Source: an uncultured Alphaproteobacteria bacterium (lineage in GTDB: Bacteria > Pseudomonadota > Alphaproteobacteria > RF32 > CAG-239). From it: 64,000 bases of DNA. The notes beneath the pieces are model-generated. The model was not told the DNA's origin and did not search any database. It was given only the letters and a program-made list of their open reading frames with translations. The position numbers and the translations under genes were made by a program. The stretch lies in assembly GCA_949297665.1 (NCBI GenBank), contig CASFTO010000015.1, positions 3,395 to 67,394 of the forward strand, written 5' to 3'. Of this stretch, positions 8,902 through 19,707 are shown in pieces; position 1 is the stretch's first letter; every line of letters starts with the position of its first letter.

Positions 8902-10263
8902 ATGCATGTAAAGTTTCCTGATAAGATAGAAAGAGCACTACAATATTTAAAATTAAAAATATTCCCACAAACATTATTCTTCAGAACAATGTTACTGATT
9001 TTTATTCCGTTAATATTGGTGCAGGTTGTGTCAGTGGTTGCTTTTTTCAACGGAAACTGGGAAAAAGTAGGCCGTAGACTATCAGATAATCTATCAAACA
9101 ATGTCGCATTTGCGGTAGAAACAATATCAAAGAATGAGTATATGTTACCTGAAATTACGGATTTGTATAAACAAAACTACGGCATAAAGGTAGAATTAAT
9201 AACCGGAGATGAGCAACTGAAAGTAAAAGCGAATACTCACTATGATAAGGAATATAAAATCGTGACAGGATTTTTGGAAAAATCTTTACATCGAAAATTT
9301 CCCAATTCCATAACAAGTGTATATTTGGCCAATGATAAAGATGACGTGATAATTTTAATAGAAGCACCAGAAGGACTATATCGATTTACCACATCAACAA
9401 AGAGTATATTTAGTACATCAATATTTGGTTTCGTAGCATGGATGGTTGGAACATCGTTATTGCTGTTTGTTGTTGCAACACTGTTTTTGCGCATACAAGT
9501 ACGTTCAATTGCAACATTAGCTCAAGTAGCAGAAAATTTTGGTAAAGGTATTAATACGCCTTTCAAACCATATGGTTCATCGGAAGTAAGAAAAGCTGGT
9601 ATAGCATTTATTAAAATGAAAGAACGAATACAAAAACAAATTTCAGAAAGAACTCAAATGCTGGCCGGAGTATCGCATGATTTACGAACCCCGTTGACCA
9701 GAATGAGATTACAATTAGCCATGTTGCCGGAAAGTCCTGATAATAAAGAGTTTATTGATGACATCGGAGAGATGGAAAAAATGTTGGATGGTTATTTGGC
9801 CTTTGTATCGGGAGAGGGGGGGGAAAAAAATACCTTTATTGATATGAACGAATTGATATTAAGTATTATCAATAAATTCAGAAATACAAAAGCAATGATA
9901 CGCTATTCTACAAATGATCAAGTAAGTGCTATTCAAGGTCGAGAACAAGCATTGAAACGAGCGATAACCAATATCATATCGAATGCTTTTACCTATGGCA
10001 AGAATATAGCGGTAGCGCTTGAAAGCAACAATAATAAAATGGAAATAACCGTAGACGACGATGGTCCAGGTATTCCTGCAGATAAACGCGAAGATGTATT
10101 TAAAGCATTTTATCGTTTAGATGAGTCACGGAACAAAGAAACCGGAGGTGTTGGATTAGGATTGTCCATAGCAAGGGATATTATTACATCACACGGTGGA
10201 AAAATTGAGTTAAGCGACAGTGAATTAGGAGGCTTGAGGGTACTCATTTCTATTCCCTTATAA
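8902..10263 (+). CDS. EnvZ-like sensor histidine kinase
   Basis: Two TM segments flank a periplasmic region of about 130 aa. H-box is SHDLRTPLTRM, N-box ITNIISNAFTYG, G1 DDDGPGIP, G2 GGVGLGLSIA. The gene lies directly downstream of the response regulator. Confidence 0.9.
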   Translation: MHVKFPDKIERALQYLKLKIFPQTLFFRTMLLIFIPLILVQVVSVVAFFNGNWEKVGRRLSDNLSNNVAFAVETISKNEYMLPEITDLYKQNYGIKVELITGDEQLKVKANTHYDKEYKIVTGFLEKSLHRKFPNSITSVYLANDKDDVIILIEAPEGLYRFTTSTKSIFSTSIFGFVAWMVGTSLLLFVVATLFLRIQVRSIATLAQVAENFGKGINTPFKPYGSSEVRKAGIAFIKMKERIQKQISERTQMLAGVSHDLRTPLTRMRLQLAMLPESPDNKEFIDDIGEMEKMLDGYLAFVSGEGGEKNTFIDMNELILSIINKFRNTKAMIRYSTNDQVSAIQGREQALKRAITNIISNAFTYGKNIAVALESNNNKMEITVDDDGPGIPADKREDVFKAFYRLDESRNKETGGVGLGLSIARDIITSHGGKIELSDSELGGLRVLISIPL

Positions 10264-10321
10264 CTCTCACATACGAAAATATGTGTTCCGCTGTGGTAAC
10301 TAAAAAGCGCGGAAAAGAAAA

Positions 10322-10348
10322 AGGAGGCTACATATAGTCTCCTTTTTT
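10322..10348. terminator. Bidirectional rho-independent terminator between convergent genes
   Basis: Hairpin AGGAGGCTA-CATA-TAGTCTCCT (one G-T pair) is followed by a T6 run on the plus strand and preceded by an A-rich run. It lies between the kinase stop (10263) and the stop of the minus-strand ORF (10361). Confidence 0.7.
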
Positions 10349-10360
10349 GAAAACAAGTTT

Positions 10361-10945
10361 TTACAAAAGAGCAGGAACAAAATTATAACCGACACTATGG
10401 AAAACAGGGGCGGGCAACCCTAAATTATGAAATATATCAAAGGCAATATTTTGCCATAAGGATAAATTCGTAATATTTTTAGGATTCGCATCTGCAGATA
10501 GAATTAGATTATCATTATCCAAGTCAACAATACCGGTTGAAATATGTATTCCTGAAGAAATTTGATATTGTTTTGCAATTTTCTGCCAAGCACAACCAAT
10601 CTCGTGCATATTTCCAACAACAGACGCTGAAAACCCTAAGGAAGGCAAGCCATAATCCCTAATAGGGACATTCAAAGTAACCTGACGCAAAGCAGTTCTA
10701 AGATACTCTGCGGTGGCAAGAATCTCTGAAACACTACCTGATAACTGTAAAGCACCGACCGGTTCACCCCCTAAAGGACAGCCACGGTCGTAAGGATAAA
10801 CAGCACTCCCACCGTAAACACAAGTATTTAATTCCTTTAAGGATAGTAAATCCTTGACAATTTTAGCAGCCAAAGCGGGAGTAAATTCTGAAACATTATG
10901 ATAACCGGGTTGCACGCCGCAAAATATAAACTTAGATGTAGTCAT
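10361..10945 (-). CDS. Hypothetical protein (194 aa), family not recognised
   Basis: Clean ORF in a dense region with no TM segment or signal peptide seen. The sequence MTTSKFIFCGVQPGYHNVSEF...GCPLGGEPVGALQLSG matches no motif I recognise. Confidence 0.55.
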   Translation of the reverse strand: MTTSKFIFCGVQPGYHNVSEFTPALAAKIVKDLLSLKELNTCVYGGSAVYPYDRGCPLGGEPVGALQLSGSVSEILATAEYLRTALRQVTLNVPIRDYGLPSLGFSASVVGNMHEIGCAWQKIAKQYQISSGIHISTGIVDLDNDNLILSADANPKNITNLSLWQNIAFDIFHNLGLPAPVFHSVGYNFVPALL

Positions 10946-10989
10946 AGATGCTAAAAAATAACAAAATATAAAAAGGTAACAACAAATAT

Positions 10990-11014
10990 AAAAAGCGAGA
11001 AACCTCGCTTTTTA
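10990..11014 (-). terminator. Rho-independent terminator downstream of trxA
   Basis: Hairpin AGCGAG-AAAC-CTCGCT (10994-11009) is flanked by an A-run on one side and a T-run on the other, so it could function in either orientation. It lies about 25 nt past the trxA stop. Confidence 0.6.
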
Positions 11015-11038
11015 CAAAGAAGAATCAAGATAGAAATT

Positions 11039-11353
11039 CTAGATATGAGAATTAAGCCAATCTTCAATAGTTGCCTGAGAATTGAAACCGACTTTTGAAT
11101 CGATTTTCTCACCATCTTTGAATAAGAAAAGAGTAGGAATACTTCTAATTTCAAAGCTAGCGGCAGTAGTAGGTGCCTCATCAACATTCATTTTACAAAT
11201 TTTCACTTTATTACCCATTTCCTTAGAAACTTCTTCCAAAACAGGTCCCAACTGGCGACAAGGCCCACACCATTCAGCCCAAAAATCCACCAACACCAAT
11301 CCTTTAGATTGCAAAACTTCTTGTTCAAATTGGCTATCATTAATAGATATCAT
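11039..11353 (-). CDS. trxA: Thioredoxin
   Basis: 104 aa with VLVDFWAEWCGPCR containing the WCGPC active site and a typical thioredoxin length. Track ORF 11082..11384(+) is its antisense shadow. Confidence 0.95.
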   Translation of the reverse strand: MISINDSQFEQEVLQSKGLVLVDFWAEWCGPCRQLGPVLEEVSKEMGNKVKICKMNVDEAPTTAASFEIRSIPTLFLFKDGEKIDSKVGFNSQATIEDWLNSHI

Positions 11354-11445
11354 TGTTATCCCTTTCGCAATAAATATTCACTAATATTAATATAGTTTAT
11401 ATCATTAAAATATTAAAGATTTATCTACATAATAATCCTAAAGTT

Positions 11446-14400
11446 TTATAGTTTCATCATATTACAAGTATTAGTCCACAACAAGTAAGTTTCAACTATT
11501 TTATCAGGGTAGATACGTTGTATTAACTCCTTATAAGCTCGAAGCTGAGAAAAGTAGACATCAGGAACATCGTTTAAAGATTTAGCCGCCGGACGATTCG
11601 TTTTATAATCAACAACAATGACCTTGTCTGGCAAAACCAGAAGTCTATCGATTTTAGCAGAAATAATTTTCCCGTTAATTTCGCCGATAATAGGAACTTC
11701 CGCTTGAGAATTTTCTGAAAAAAGTTCCGGAAAATGATTACATAAACTCAAGATTTCAGTAACAATTTGTCGATATTCGGATTCGGAAAAATCGGATAGT
11801 TGTTTTCTAAGAAATTCAAAAGCAGCCTCTTCTCGTTGATTTTCTTTAAGCGCACCGATATACTGCAACAATTTATGAATAACTGTACCGCGTCTATAAA
11901 AGTTACCTTGTTCGACCAAAGGCGACGCTACAATTTCTTCCTCATCTAAGATATCTTTAGATGGGGTATATGGTTTAGCGAGAGGATTCTCAACGGGAGC
12001 CGGAGAGAGAATGGTTGAATAATCAATATAAGTTGGCTCTTCATGCTGTATTTTTTCTTTTACATCAACAATATTCTGCTGAGGAACAGTATAGACGATA
12101 CGCTTATCGTCACTTGATAATGTCACATTAGATTTAAGATTATTTGCCAAAAGTTTATACCAAGATTGTTCATCAGCACCTTTTGTTTTATTAAAACCGG
12201 CAATATAGAGTCTATCTTCCGCCCGAGTAAGTGCTACATATAATAGCCGACGATATTCATCAAAATCCGCATCCAGATTTGCATTTTTTATTGAGTTGCA
12301 ATTATCATCATAAGAACCGGCAGACAAAGGAAAATAGAATAAATCATCTTTATCCCACAAAAATTCACTTTTTCTAGCTTTGTTTTTTATTTTTGTAGTA
12401 TCCGCTAAAATAACAATAGGCGCCTGCAAACCTTTAGAACCGTGAACAGTCATAATTTTAACGGTATTACTTTCCCCTTGTTCCATTTCTTTTTGAATAA
12501 TAACTTCATCTTGTACTATCCAAGAGATAAAAGCCTCAAGAGAAGGTGTATGAGTTTGTTCAAAAATAATAGCCAGATTTAAGAATTCATCTAAAACATC
12601 TTCGACTTCATTACCCATTCGGGCGATAAAGTTAGAACGCCCTTTGAGTTGCACCAAAACAGTATTAAATAATTCAAAAGGACGAACAAACCCGACTAAA
12701 TTTAATAAAGATTTAAGTTGTTCTGCAATTGAAACATAATCAGAACATTTTAAAAGATTTTTGAATAAAGAGCCGTCTCTGCTAAAGCACAATTTAAATA
12801 AATCGTCATCATTGAGATTAAAAATAGGAGATTTAAGCACTTCGGCAAGAGATAAATCATCTGTTGGGAGCAAAAGAAATTTACCGAGAGAAATTAAATC
12901 TTGTACCGCAATTTGTTCTAAAAGTTTAAGTTTATCGACACCTGCAACATTAACCCCGATATCTTTGCAAGCTCGCACAAATTCCTCAACAAAACTTTTA
13001 CGTTGTTGAACAAGAAACATAAAATCGCCATATTGAATAGGCCGATTCTTTGATTCTAAAATTTCTTTATTTTCGACCATTTGTTTAATATTTAGAGCAA
13101 TTTGTCGAGCAAGAATATTGGAAACGGAAGAGTTTTGTTCACGACTAATCGGAATAAACCAATTATATTTATCTTTTGAGGCATTTTCTTCTTGTTGCAG
13201 AAGTGGAAAGATTTCGACTTTACCGCCGTCGCCTAAGCGAAAAGGTTGGTGATTAATATGTTCGCCATCAGGAATAACGCCTTTTTTAGCATCATCAACT
13301 TCAAAGAGTAAGTTGACACAATCCATGATAGCCTTTGTAGAACGAAACGAAACATCAAGATGTACTTTTTTGAAATCATGGATATGTTCATCAAAATAAT
13401 GATACATTTTATCAAATTCGTTAGGGTCTGCACCTTGAAAACTGTAAATGGATTGTTTTCTATCTCCCACAACAAACACCGTACGCGGTAAAGCATTTTG
13501 ATAAGAACCTAATCCGGCAAAAAATTCCTGTGTCAAAGCGCGAACGATAGCCCACTGTGAAGGAGAAGTATCTTGTGCCTCGTCAATTAAAATATGGTCG
13601 ATTCCGCCATCGAGTTTAAACAAGACCCAATCGGCAACAGATTTATCCTCTAATAAACGTCGTGTAATAACAATCAAATCTTCATAATCAAGAGCCGCGT
13701 AAAGATCTTTATATTCTCGATAGCGAGAAATAATGCATTGAGCGATATAAAGCACTGCAACAGTTGATTTTAACACATTTAAAGCGGCAATGCGTTGTTC
13801 GGCGACAAGAATTTTATCCGCTTCATTTGTCATAAAAGGTATAATTTCCGGAAATTTATTGGCAATAGCTTTTGTGGCCAAAGAATCTCGGACTTCTCCA
13901 TCATTATTTAAGAAGACTTTTTTATATTTTTCATATAGTGAAGAAGAAAATTGGGCAGTTGCAATTTCCGTAAAAGTTTGAGCACGTTTCAAATCAGTTT
14001 TACTACCCTGATTAAAAGCATTAATAGCAAATTTTAACTTATCTTTATCAATAGAAGATAATACAGCTTGTTGAATATCCTCAATATTGAGAGAAATTTT
14101 GACATCAAGTTTCTCTTCCAATAATTGAATAATGGGAGAGATATCGTTATCAAATTTCTGTAGCAGATTATCAATTTTGCTTCGATTCTCTGTAATTAAA
14201 TTCATTATTTCTGGGAATTTGTATTCATTTGTATTTTGCGTCAAATATGTAATAGCCAGAGCTAAAGGCTCAGATGCATTGACATCGGCTTGTCTTAGAA
14301 GTTCAACTTTTAGATTTTGCAGGATTTCCTTAGAACGTCTATCATCCATAACCTCAAAGTAAGGGGAAATGCCGGCTTCTAAAGGAAAACGTTTAAGAAT

Positions 14401-14826
14401 ATCCTGACAAAAACTGTGTATGGTTTGAATCTTCATTCCTCCCGGCGTATCCAATAATGTCGCAAATAATGTTCTCGCAAAAACGAGCAACTGTTTTTTA
14501 TCTGTTGAGGAGTAGTCGTTATTAAGAAGTTTATCTAATTCTTTAGATAATTCCTCATCACTTTCAACCGCCCAAATACTAAGTCTTTTAGCAATACGTT
14601 CGTTCATTTCAACGGCGGCAGCTTTTGTGTAGGTCAAGCAAAGAATTTTAGCCGGATTAACATTTGAAAGTAACAAACGTAAAACTCTATCGGACAACAC
14701 TTTTGTCTTTCCAGTACCGGCAGAAGCCTCCACCCAAACGGAGTTAAGAGGATTCGAAGCAGAAGATTGCTGGCGAGTAGCTAAATGTGATAAATTATCT
14801 TTTTCAATATCAATATTAGTCTTCAT
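11446..14826 (-). CDS. addA: Double-strand break repair helicase-nuclease AddA (UvrD/Rep-type helicase with C-terminal PD-(D/E)XK nuclease)
   Basis: Walker A is EASAGTGKTKVL and the DExx box is LIDEAQDTSP. UvrD motifs follow, and the C-terminal nuclease motif is KIDRLLVLPDKVIVVDYKTN. The track ORF extends to 14955 over addB. ATG at 14826 (MKTNIDIEKDN) is preferred and gives an 11-nt overlap with the addB stop. Confidence 0.9.
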   Translation of the reverse strand: MKTNIDIEKDNLSHLATRQQSSASNPLNSVWVEASAGTGKTKVLSDRVLRLLLSNVNPAKILCLTYTKAAAVEMNERIAKRLSIWAVESDEELSKELDKLLNNDYSSTDKKQLLVFARTLFATLLDTPGGMKIQTIHSFCQDILKRFPLEAGISPYFEVMDDRRSKEILQNLKVELLRQADVNASEPLALAITYLTQNTNEYKFPEIMNLITENRSKIDNLLQKFDNDISPIIQLLEEKLDVKISLNIEDIQQAVLSSIDKDKLKFAINAFNQGSKTDLKRAQTFTEIATAQFSSSLYEKYKKVFLNNDGEVRDSLATKAIANKFPEIIPFMTNEADKILVAEQRIAALNVLKSTVAVLYIAQCIISRYREYKDLYAALDYEDLIVITRRLLEDKSVADWVLFKLDGGIDHILIDEAQDTSPSQWAIVRALTQEFFAGLGSYQNALPRTVFVVGDRKQSIYSFQGADPNEFDKMYHYFDEHIHDFKKVHLDVSFRSTKAIMDCVNLLFEVDDAKKGVIPDGEHINHQPFRLGDGGKVEIFPLLQQEENASKDKYNWFIPISREQNSSVSNILARQIALNIKQMVENKEILESKNRPIQYGDFMFLVQQRKSFVEEFVRACKDIGVNVAGVDKLKLLEQIAVQDLISLGKFLLLPTDDLSLAEVLKSPIFNLNDDDLFKLCFSRDGSLFKNLLKCSDYVSIAEQLKSLLNLVGFVRPFELFNTVLVQLKGRSNFIARMGNEVEDVLDEFLNLAIIFEQTHTPSLEAFISWIVQDEVIIQKEMEQGESNTVKIMTVHGSKGLQAPIVILADTTKIKNKARKSEFLWDKDDLFYFPLSAGSYDDNCNSIKNANLDADFDEYRRLLYVALTRAEDRLYIAGFNKTKGADEQSWYKLLANNLKSNVTLSSDDKRIVYTVPQQNIVDVKEKIQHEEPTYIDYSTILSPAPVENPLAKPYTPSKDILDEEEIVASPLVEQGNFYRRGTVIHKLLQYIGALKENQREEAAFEFLRKQLSDFSESEYRQIVTEILSLCNHFPELFSENSQAEVPIIGEINGKIISAKIDRLLVLPDKVIVVDYKTNRPAAKSLNDVPDVYFSQLRAYKELIQRIYPDKIVETYLLWTNTCNMMKL

Positions 14827-17725
14827 TGCTTTCTCCATCTTCTTGAACTGACCACTCTTTAATACGAGCCAAATGCTCATAATCACTATTTTTAGGAATA
14901 AACTTTGGGATAGGACGAGAATGATAAGGAGTAGTTTCAAAATCAAAAGTTTCAATTAATTTTAAAAGGTACTCTTCTGTTCTTTGCAAAATATCTTCAT
15001 TTTGCGGTGTAATTTCCAAGACAGAACTTCCTAATTGCCAATAAATGAGTTTTTGAACATTCGTGTTAGGAATATTTTCGAATTTTCCCTTAGAAGCGAT
15101 AAGGCCCTCCAGAGGAAGTTGTAATGCGTGACCGCTCTTGACTTCGTTAGAAGAAGGAATTTTACCGGTTTTATAATCAAGAATATTTAAGTAACCGTCC
15201 TGTAATTCGTCAATACGATCGGCTTTTGCCGTAAAAGTAAAAGGACCATTGGGAAAATTATAGGTAATTTCTCCTTTAATTTCATTATGGATAAGTTTAA
15301 CCGAAGGACGATAATCCGTTTCTTTCTGGACAATCCATTCAGCAGTTTTCAAAAATTTTGGCCACCAAAATGCCTCTAAATCTGGAGAAATATCAAAATC
15401 AGCAAAATATTTTCTACCTAAAGCGATTAAAACTTCCAAAGGATTTTCTGGGAGTTCAGAGGGATAAGTGTTGTTAAATTCCTCAATAACGGCATGAACA
15501 AGTGTACCATAATCCCGTTGGTCTTTCTCTTGATCCAAATCATCAAGAGGATAAAGTTTCAAGATATATTTCGCAAAAACAGAATAAGGATCTTGAACAA
15601 GCAAATCAACGCCGCTTGCGGATAAGCGCCGTGGGCGTGCAGAAAGCGGAGGACAAGGAGCCGGAGCTTTTATCGGGGTATAAGATGTCGGTTTATCTAA
15701 TCGATTCGCAAATAAAGAGAAGCCGTCATCGGTAATTTTTAAAATATCCGATTGCATAGCTTTCAGTACGGTTTCAAATCGAAGCAACCAACGAGATTTT
15801 TTCATCGGGACGCCATCAACCCGCTCAGCTCTGGTAAGAACAACTTGCGGCGCAGCTAAAAATCCACATAAATCAGCCCCCAAAATACCAATAGCTTTTT
15901 CGGGTAAACTAAAGCCGAAGTCTTTTTTCATCGGACGCGACATCCACATATCGGCCTGTGCCGGTTTAGGCCAAATACCTTCATTAACCTCACCGAGAAT
16001 AACGGTATCAAAATGATGTAATCTTGCTTCAATCGGTCCAAGAATACTCAAACGAGGATGTGTGCCATATCTGGCTCTAACACTTTCAAGTCCCATTAAT
16101 TCGCATAATAGAGGTAAATAATCTTGTCCATTAATATTCCCCAATGTTTCGGAAGAGGATAATAATTGAGTGAAAAATTTGGCAGCAGTTTTACCGGCAT
16201 CACCTTTCCACAAAGTTGAATTTCCAGAAGATGTATCCGAAGCGGCACAAACTTCAGCCAAAGAAATATGTTTTATCAAAATTTCTTTAAAGGAAACCGA
16301 AGGATTCGCTAAATATGAAGAAAAGTCGGAAAGTATTGATTTAATTTTGTTAATAAAGTCCATAATTTCATCAGAAAGACTTTGTACCTTAGACTGACGC
16401 AAAGCCGTTTCGTATGTATAAACCATATTTCTAAATACAGCCGCATTAGAACCGACAAGCATGAAAGGATGTTTTAGCAAAGTAATAAAAGCAATATCCG
16501 ATTCGCCGTTAGCAGCAGCTTCAGCCAATAAACGGAAAAAAATACCGATAGAGGTTAAGGAAAGAGGTAATCCGGCAGAGTCGTCAATTTTGATTTCAAA
16601 CCGCTCTAATTCAGAAGCCACACGACGAGCCAAATTTCGGTCATAAGTAATAAGAGCGGCTGTTTTTTCAGGAGTATTGAGAACTTCACGCATTTTAAGG
16701 GCGATAGCCAAGGCTTCATCACGTTGTGAATGACAATTGATAACGGAAATATTTTTAACGGCATTATCCAAATCAAAGGTTCCGTAGATTTGGCGCCATT
16801 CATCAGAAACGGATGCCGGCCGCATAATTTCAGAAATAAGCTGTTCGCGTTCAAGCAGAGAAGGTGCAACAACATCAACAACATCGGTTAGAGATATTTC
16901 CAACAATTCAAGAAGAGCTTTAGTTTCAAACAAAGGATGAGTTTCGTCCACAGCTTCCCAATAGGATTGATTGGCAAAACGGTCAATACCGGAGAAATAA
17001 ATTTCACCATTAGGTAAATTCATAATACTTTTCAAAAGAGCAATAATGGCCGGAAAACTAGCCGTTACACCGGCAACAACAATATTTTGGGATACGGGAT
17101 TTGTAGTCCAAATTTGCGCTTGTCTGAATAATAGAGAATTTTTCATAGAGCAAGCATCAACAGCATTTCTTTCTTTTAAAATCATAGGCCAAAATTCGGT
17201 AATGATTTTAAGTAATTTAAGAGTTTCCTGCCAATGTGTTGCATATTTCTCAGGTACTAAATCTTGTAATTTATCAAAAGACAATCCTTGATTAATGGCT
17301 GTATCAATTAAGTTAGCCAAATCGACTGCCAGATTAAGAGCTTGAGCCAAGGAAATTTGTTTCAGTCCGAAATCAGAAGGTTTCGACATGATTAAGCGAG
17401 TGAAAAGAAACAATCGTTCATCGCGACTAATTGTCTGACACTCCGCATTGAACATTTCATCAAGATTAAAACCGTTAAAAAACACTTCATCATCATCCAT
17501 ATCGGCAATGGGTAACATTTGTGGCAAGATGACCGGAGCTTGACCGTGGATTCGCACAAAAGCATTAGTCAAATCGACGCATGCACGTCGATTTGGCAAT
17601 AAAAAGAGCACATTAGCCAGTTGTAAATAATCACCTTGATATTTATCAATATAAATTTCAGCCAATGTATCCCAAAAAGAGCGACTAAGCGGAATATTAA
17701 AAAGATGAGAAGAAGTATTCGTCAT
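14816..17725 (-). CDS. addB: Double-strand break repair protein AddB (alphaproteobacterial type)
   Basis: 969 aa immediately upstream of addA. The C-terminal PD-(D/E)XK motif is ADRIDELQDGYLNILDYKTGK. No P-loop is visible at the N-terminus. Confidence 0.85.
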   Translation of the reverse strand: MTNTSSHLFNIPLSRSFWDTLAEIYIDKYQGDYLQLANVLFLLPNRRACVDLTNAFVRIHGQAPVILPQMLPIADMDDDEVFFNGFNLDEMFNAECQTISRDERLFLFTRLIMSKPSDFGLKQISLAQALNLAVDLANLIDTAINQGLSFDKLQDLVPEKYATHWQETLKLLKIITEFWPMILKERNAVDACSMKNSLLFRQAQIWTTNPVSQNIVVAGVTASFPAIIALLKSIMNLPNGEIYFSGIDRFANQSYWEAVDETHPLFETKALLELLEISLTDVVDVVAPSLLEREQLISEIMRPASVSDEWRQIYGTFDLDNAVKNISVINCHSQRDEALAIALKMREVLNTPEKTAALITYDRNLARRVASELERFEIKIDDSAGLPLSLTSIGIFFRLLAEAAANGESDIAFITLLKHPFMLVGSNAAVFRNMVYTYETALRQSKVQSLSDEIMDFINKIKSILSDFSSYLANPSVSFKEILIKHISLAEVCAASDTSSGNSTLWKGDAGKTAAKFFTQLLSSSETLGNINGQDYLPLLCELMGLESVRARYGTHPRLSILGPIEARLHHFDTVILGEVNEGIWPKPAQADMWMSRPMKKDFGFSLPEKAIGILGADLCGFLAAPQVVLTRAERVDGVPMKKSRWLLRFETVLKAMQSDILKITDDGFSLFANRLDKPTSYTPIKAPAPCPPLSARPRRLSASGVDLLVQDPYSVFAKYILKLYPLDDLDQEKDQRDYGTLVHAVIEEFNNTYPSELPENPLEVLIALGRKYFADFDISPDLEAFWWPKFLKTAEWIVQKETDYRPSVKLIHNEIKGEITYNFPNGPFTFTAKADRIDELQDGYLNILDYKTGKIPSSNEVKSGHALQLPLEGLIASKGKFENIPNTNVQKLIYWQLGSSVLEITPQNEDILQRTEEYLLKLIETFDFETTPYHSRPIPKFIPKNSDYEHLARIKEWSVQEDGESNED

Positions 17726-18327
17726 TAATTTTCATGTTCTCCGATTAAATAAGCGACAAATTTCTGCAAAGCACGTCCGCGGTGGGAGATTTTATTTTTT
17801 TCTTCACTGGTAAATTCGGCAAAAGAACGAGAAAAGCCCGTCGGAATAAAAATCGGATCATATCCAAAGCCTGCAGAACCGGTTTTGGATAGAGCGATAT
17901 TTCCATCAACTCTGCCTTCAAAGGATTTGTAAGAGCCATCCGGTTGAGCAAAAACAATAACGCAAGAAAAATGAGCAGCTCTATTTTTAGAATTTGTTTC
18001 ATCTAATTCTTTTAATAACTTATCCATTCCGAGGTTAAAGTCGCGATTCGGAGCATAACGTGCCGTATACACACCGGGTTTTCCGCCGATTGCATCTACA
18101 CACAATCCGGAGTCATCGGCAAAACAAGGAATATTCTGAGCTTTAGCCGCAGCAAGGGCTTTAATATAAGCATTTTCTTCAAAAGTTTTTCCGGTTTCTT
18201 CAACATCAGGTAGATTTAAATCCCGAGCAGATAAAACATTAACCCCATAAGGAGCTAAAAGCTCACGAATTTCTGCAATTTTTCCCAGATTATGACTGGC
18301 AAAAATAATTTCCTTATATTTCAACAT
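17725..18327 (-). CDS. rdgB: Non-canonical purine NTP pyrophosphatase (RdgB/HAM1 family)
   Basis: 200 aa with [35 protein letters not shown] and GFGYDPIF motifs. Its stop overlaps the addB ATG by 1 nt (TAATG). Confidence 0.9.
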   Translation of the reverse strand: MLKYKEIIFASHNLGKIAEIRELLAPYGVNVLSARDLNLPDVEETGKTFEENAYIKALAAAKAQNIPCFADDSGLCVDAIGGKPGVYTARYAPNRDFNLGMDKLLKELDETNSKNRAAHFSCVIVFAQPDGSYKSFEGRVDGNIALSKTGSAGFGYDPIFIPTGFSRSFAEFTSEEKNKISHRGRALQKFVAYLIGEHEN

Positions 18328-19033
18328 TTTTTAATGCCTCTTTTTGTTTTTGAATTAATAACGCCACACCTTTCTGAGCAAGGTTCATCAAATGAGTATA
18401 ATCGTCTTGAGAAAAGGGTTCACCTTCGGCTGTTCCTTGAATTTCAACAATTCTACCGCTTTCCGTTAAAACAAAATTTGCATCAACTTGAGCAGAAGAG
18501 TCTTCAACATACTCTAAATCCAACAAAAACTCGCCATGACAAATTCCCGCCGAAATTGCGGCAACAAATTCTCTAATAGGATTATGAGAAATTTTACCTT
18601 CTTTAACCATTTTTGCAAGAGCGATATAAAGAGCAACGAAACTACCGGTAATAGAAGCTGTTCTGGTTCCTCCATCGGCTTGAATAACATCACAGTCAAT
18701 CAAAATAGAAAAGCCTTTCAAAACAGATAAATCAACGACAGAGCGCAAAGAACGTCCGATAAGACGTTGAATTTCATGAGTGCGTCCGCCAATACCATGA
18801 GTCTCACGTGATACTCGAGTCGAGGTAGCTCTGGGCAAAAGGGCATACTCGGCAGTAATCCATCCTTTTTCTTCATTTTTAAGCCATAAAGGGACCTTGT
18901 CATCAACAGAAGCCGTACAAATAACATGCGTTTGACCGCATTTAATAAGACAAGAGCCCTCGGCATAAGGATTAAAATTAGGTATAATTTCAACAGTTCT
19001 GAGTTCATCAGAAAAACGGTTCAATGTTCTCAT
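18314..19033 (-). CDS. rph: Ribonuclease PH
   Basis: 239 aa with [32 protein letters not shown] and [17 protein letters not shown] motifs. Confidence 0.95.
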   Translation of the reverse strand: MRTLNRFSDELRTVEIIPNFNPYAEGSCLIKCGQTHVICTASVDDKVPLWLKNEEKGWITAEYALLPRATSTRVSRETHGIGGRTHEIQRLIGRSLRSVVDLSVLKGFSILIDCDVIQADGGTRTASITGSFVALYIALAKMVKEGKISHNPIREFVAAISAGICHGEFLLDLEYVEDSSAQVDANFVLTESGRIVEIQGTAEGEPFSQDDYTHLMNLAQKGVALLIQKQKEALKNVEI

Positions 19034-19587
19034 GAAATATCCCCTTTGTCAGATTGATTATTTAGATAATTTTCAATAGCCGTCAAAACCCGTCCGACGG
19101 TACAATCAACAGCTTCGTTTTTTGTTTCAACCATAATATCAGCTTCGGAATAATAAGGATATTCCTCATCAATATAGGTTTGCAATTTACTTTTAATTTT
19201 AGAGTCGCTGCATTGTAAAAAAGGACGTCTCTTCCGACCGGCTGTTCGATTGTATAAAACATCAATATCCGCTTTAAGCCAAATGGTTAAGGCATTTTTT
19301 TTAGCAAGCATTCTGGTTTGTTCAGCCACAAAAGCACCTCCCCCGGAGGCTAAAACACAAGGAGCACCGGACAAAAGTCGTTTCATGATTCTTTCTTCGC
19401 CGGCTCTATATTCTTCCCCCCCAAAGCATTTAAAGACGTCAATAACAGAAAGTCCCGCAGCTTTTTCAATTTCTTGATCGCCATCAATAAAAGGAAGTCC
19501 GAGTTTTTTTGCAAGTCGTTTTCCGACGCTTGTTTTTCCGCTACCGATAAGTCCTACCAGCAATATAATTTTATTAATCGTTGTCAT
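19030..19587 (-). CDS. aroK: Shikimate kinase
   Basis: 185 aa with the P-loop [32 protein letters not shown]. Its stop overlaps the rph start in an ATGA overlap. Confidence 0.9.
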   Translation of the reverse strand: MTTINKIILLVGLIGSGKTSVGKRLAKKLGLPFIDGDQEIEKAAGLSVIDVFKCFGGEEYRAGEERIMKRLLSGAPCVLASGGGAFVAEQTRMLAKKNALTIWLKADIDVLYNRTAGRKRRPFLQCSDSKIKSKLQTYIDEEYPYYSEADIMVETKNEAVDCTVGRVLTAIENYLNNQSDKGDIS

Positions 19588-19707
19588 ATTAGTCTTCGCA
19601 AAAAAATATTATTCACACTTTACAATCAAGGATATATTGATAATAATAATAATCAACATCTATTTAACGAAAAAGGAAAATCTGGAATTCATGAAGGGAG
19701 AGAAAAG

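Noticed and set aside
11082-11384. Track ORF of 100 aa on the plus strand
   Set aside because: It is an antisense shadow of trxA, whose WCGPC-containing product is unambiguous.
14827-14955. N-terminal extension of the addA ORF (MKLLILKLLLIILVLSQS...)
   Set aside because: The extension overlaps the 3' end of addB by 140 nt and translates to low-complexity hydrophobic sequence. The helicase N-terminus aligns naturally from MKTNIDIEK (ATG at 14826).
19474-19707. 5' part of track ORF 19474..19848(+)
   Set aside because: It is antisense to the aroK coding region and the intergenic AT-rich spacer. Only the last 46 codons, from a GTG with an RBS and coupled to xerD, look like a possible gene.
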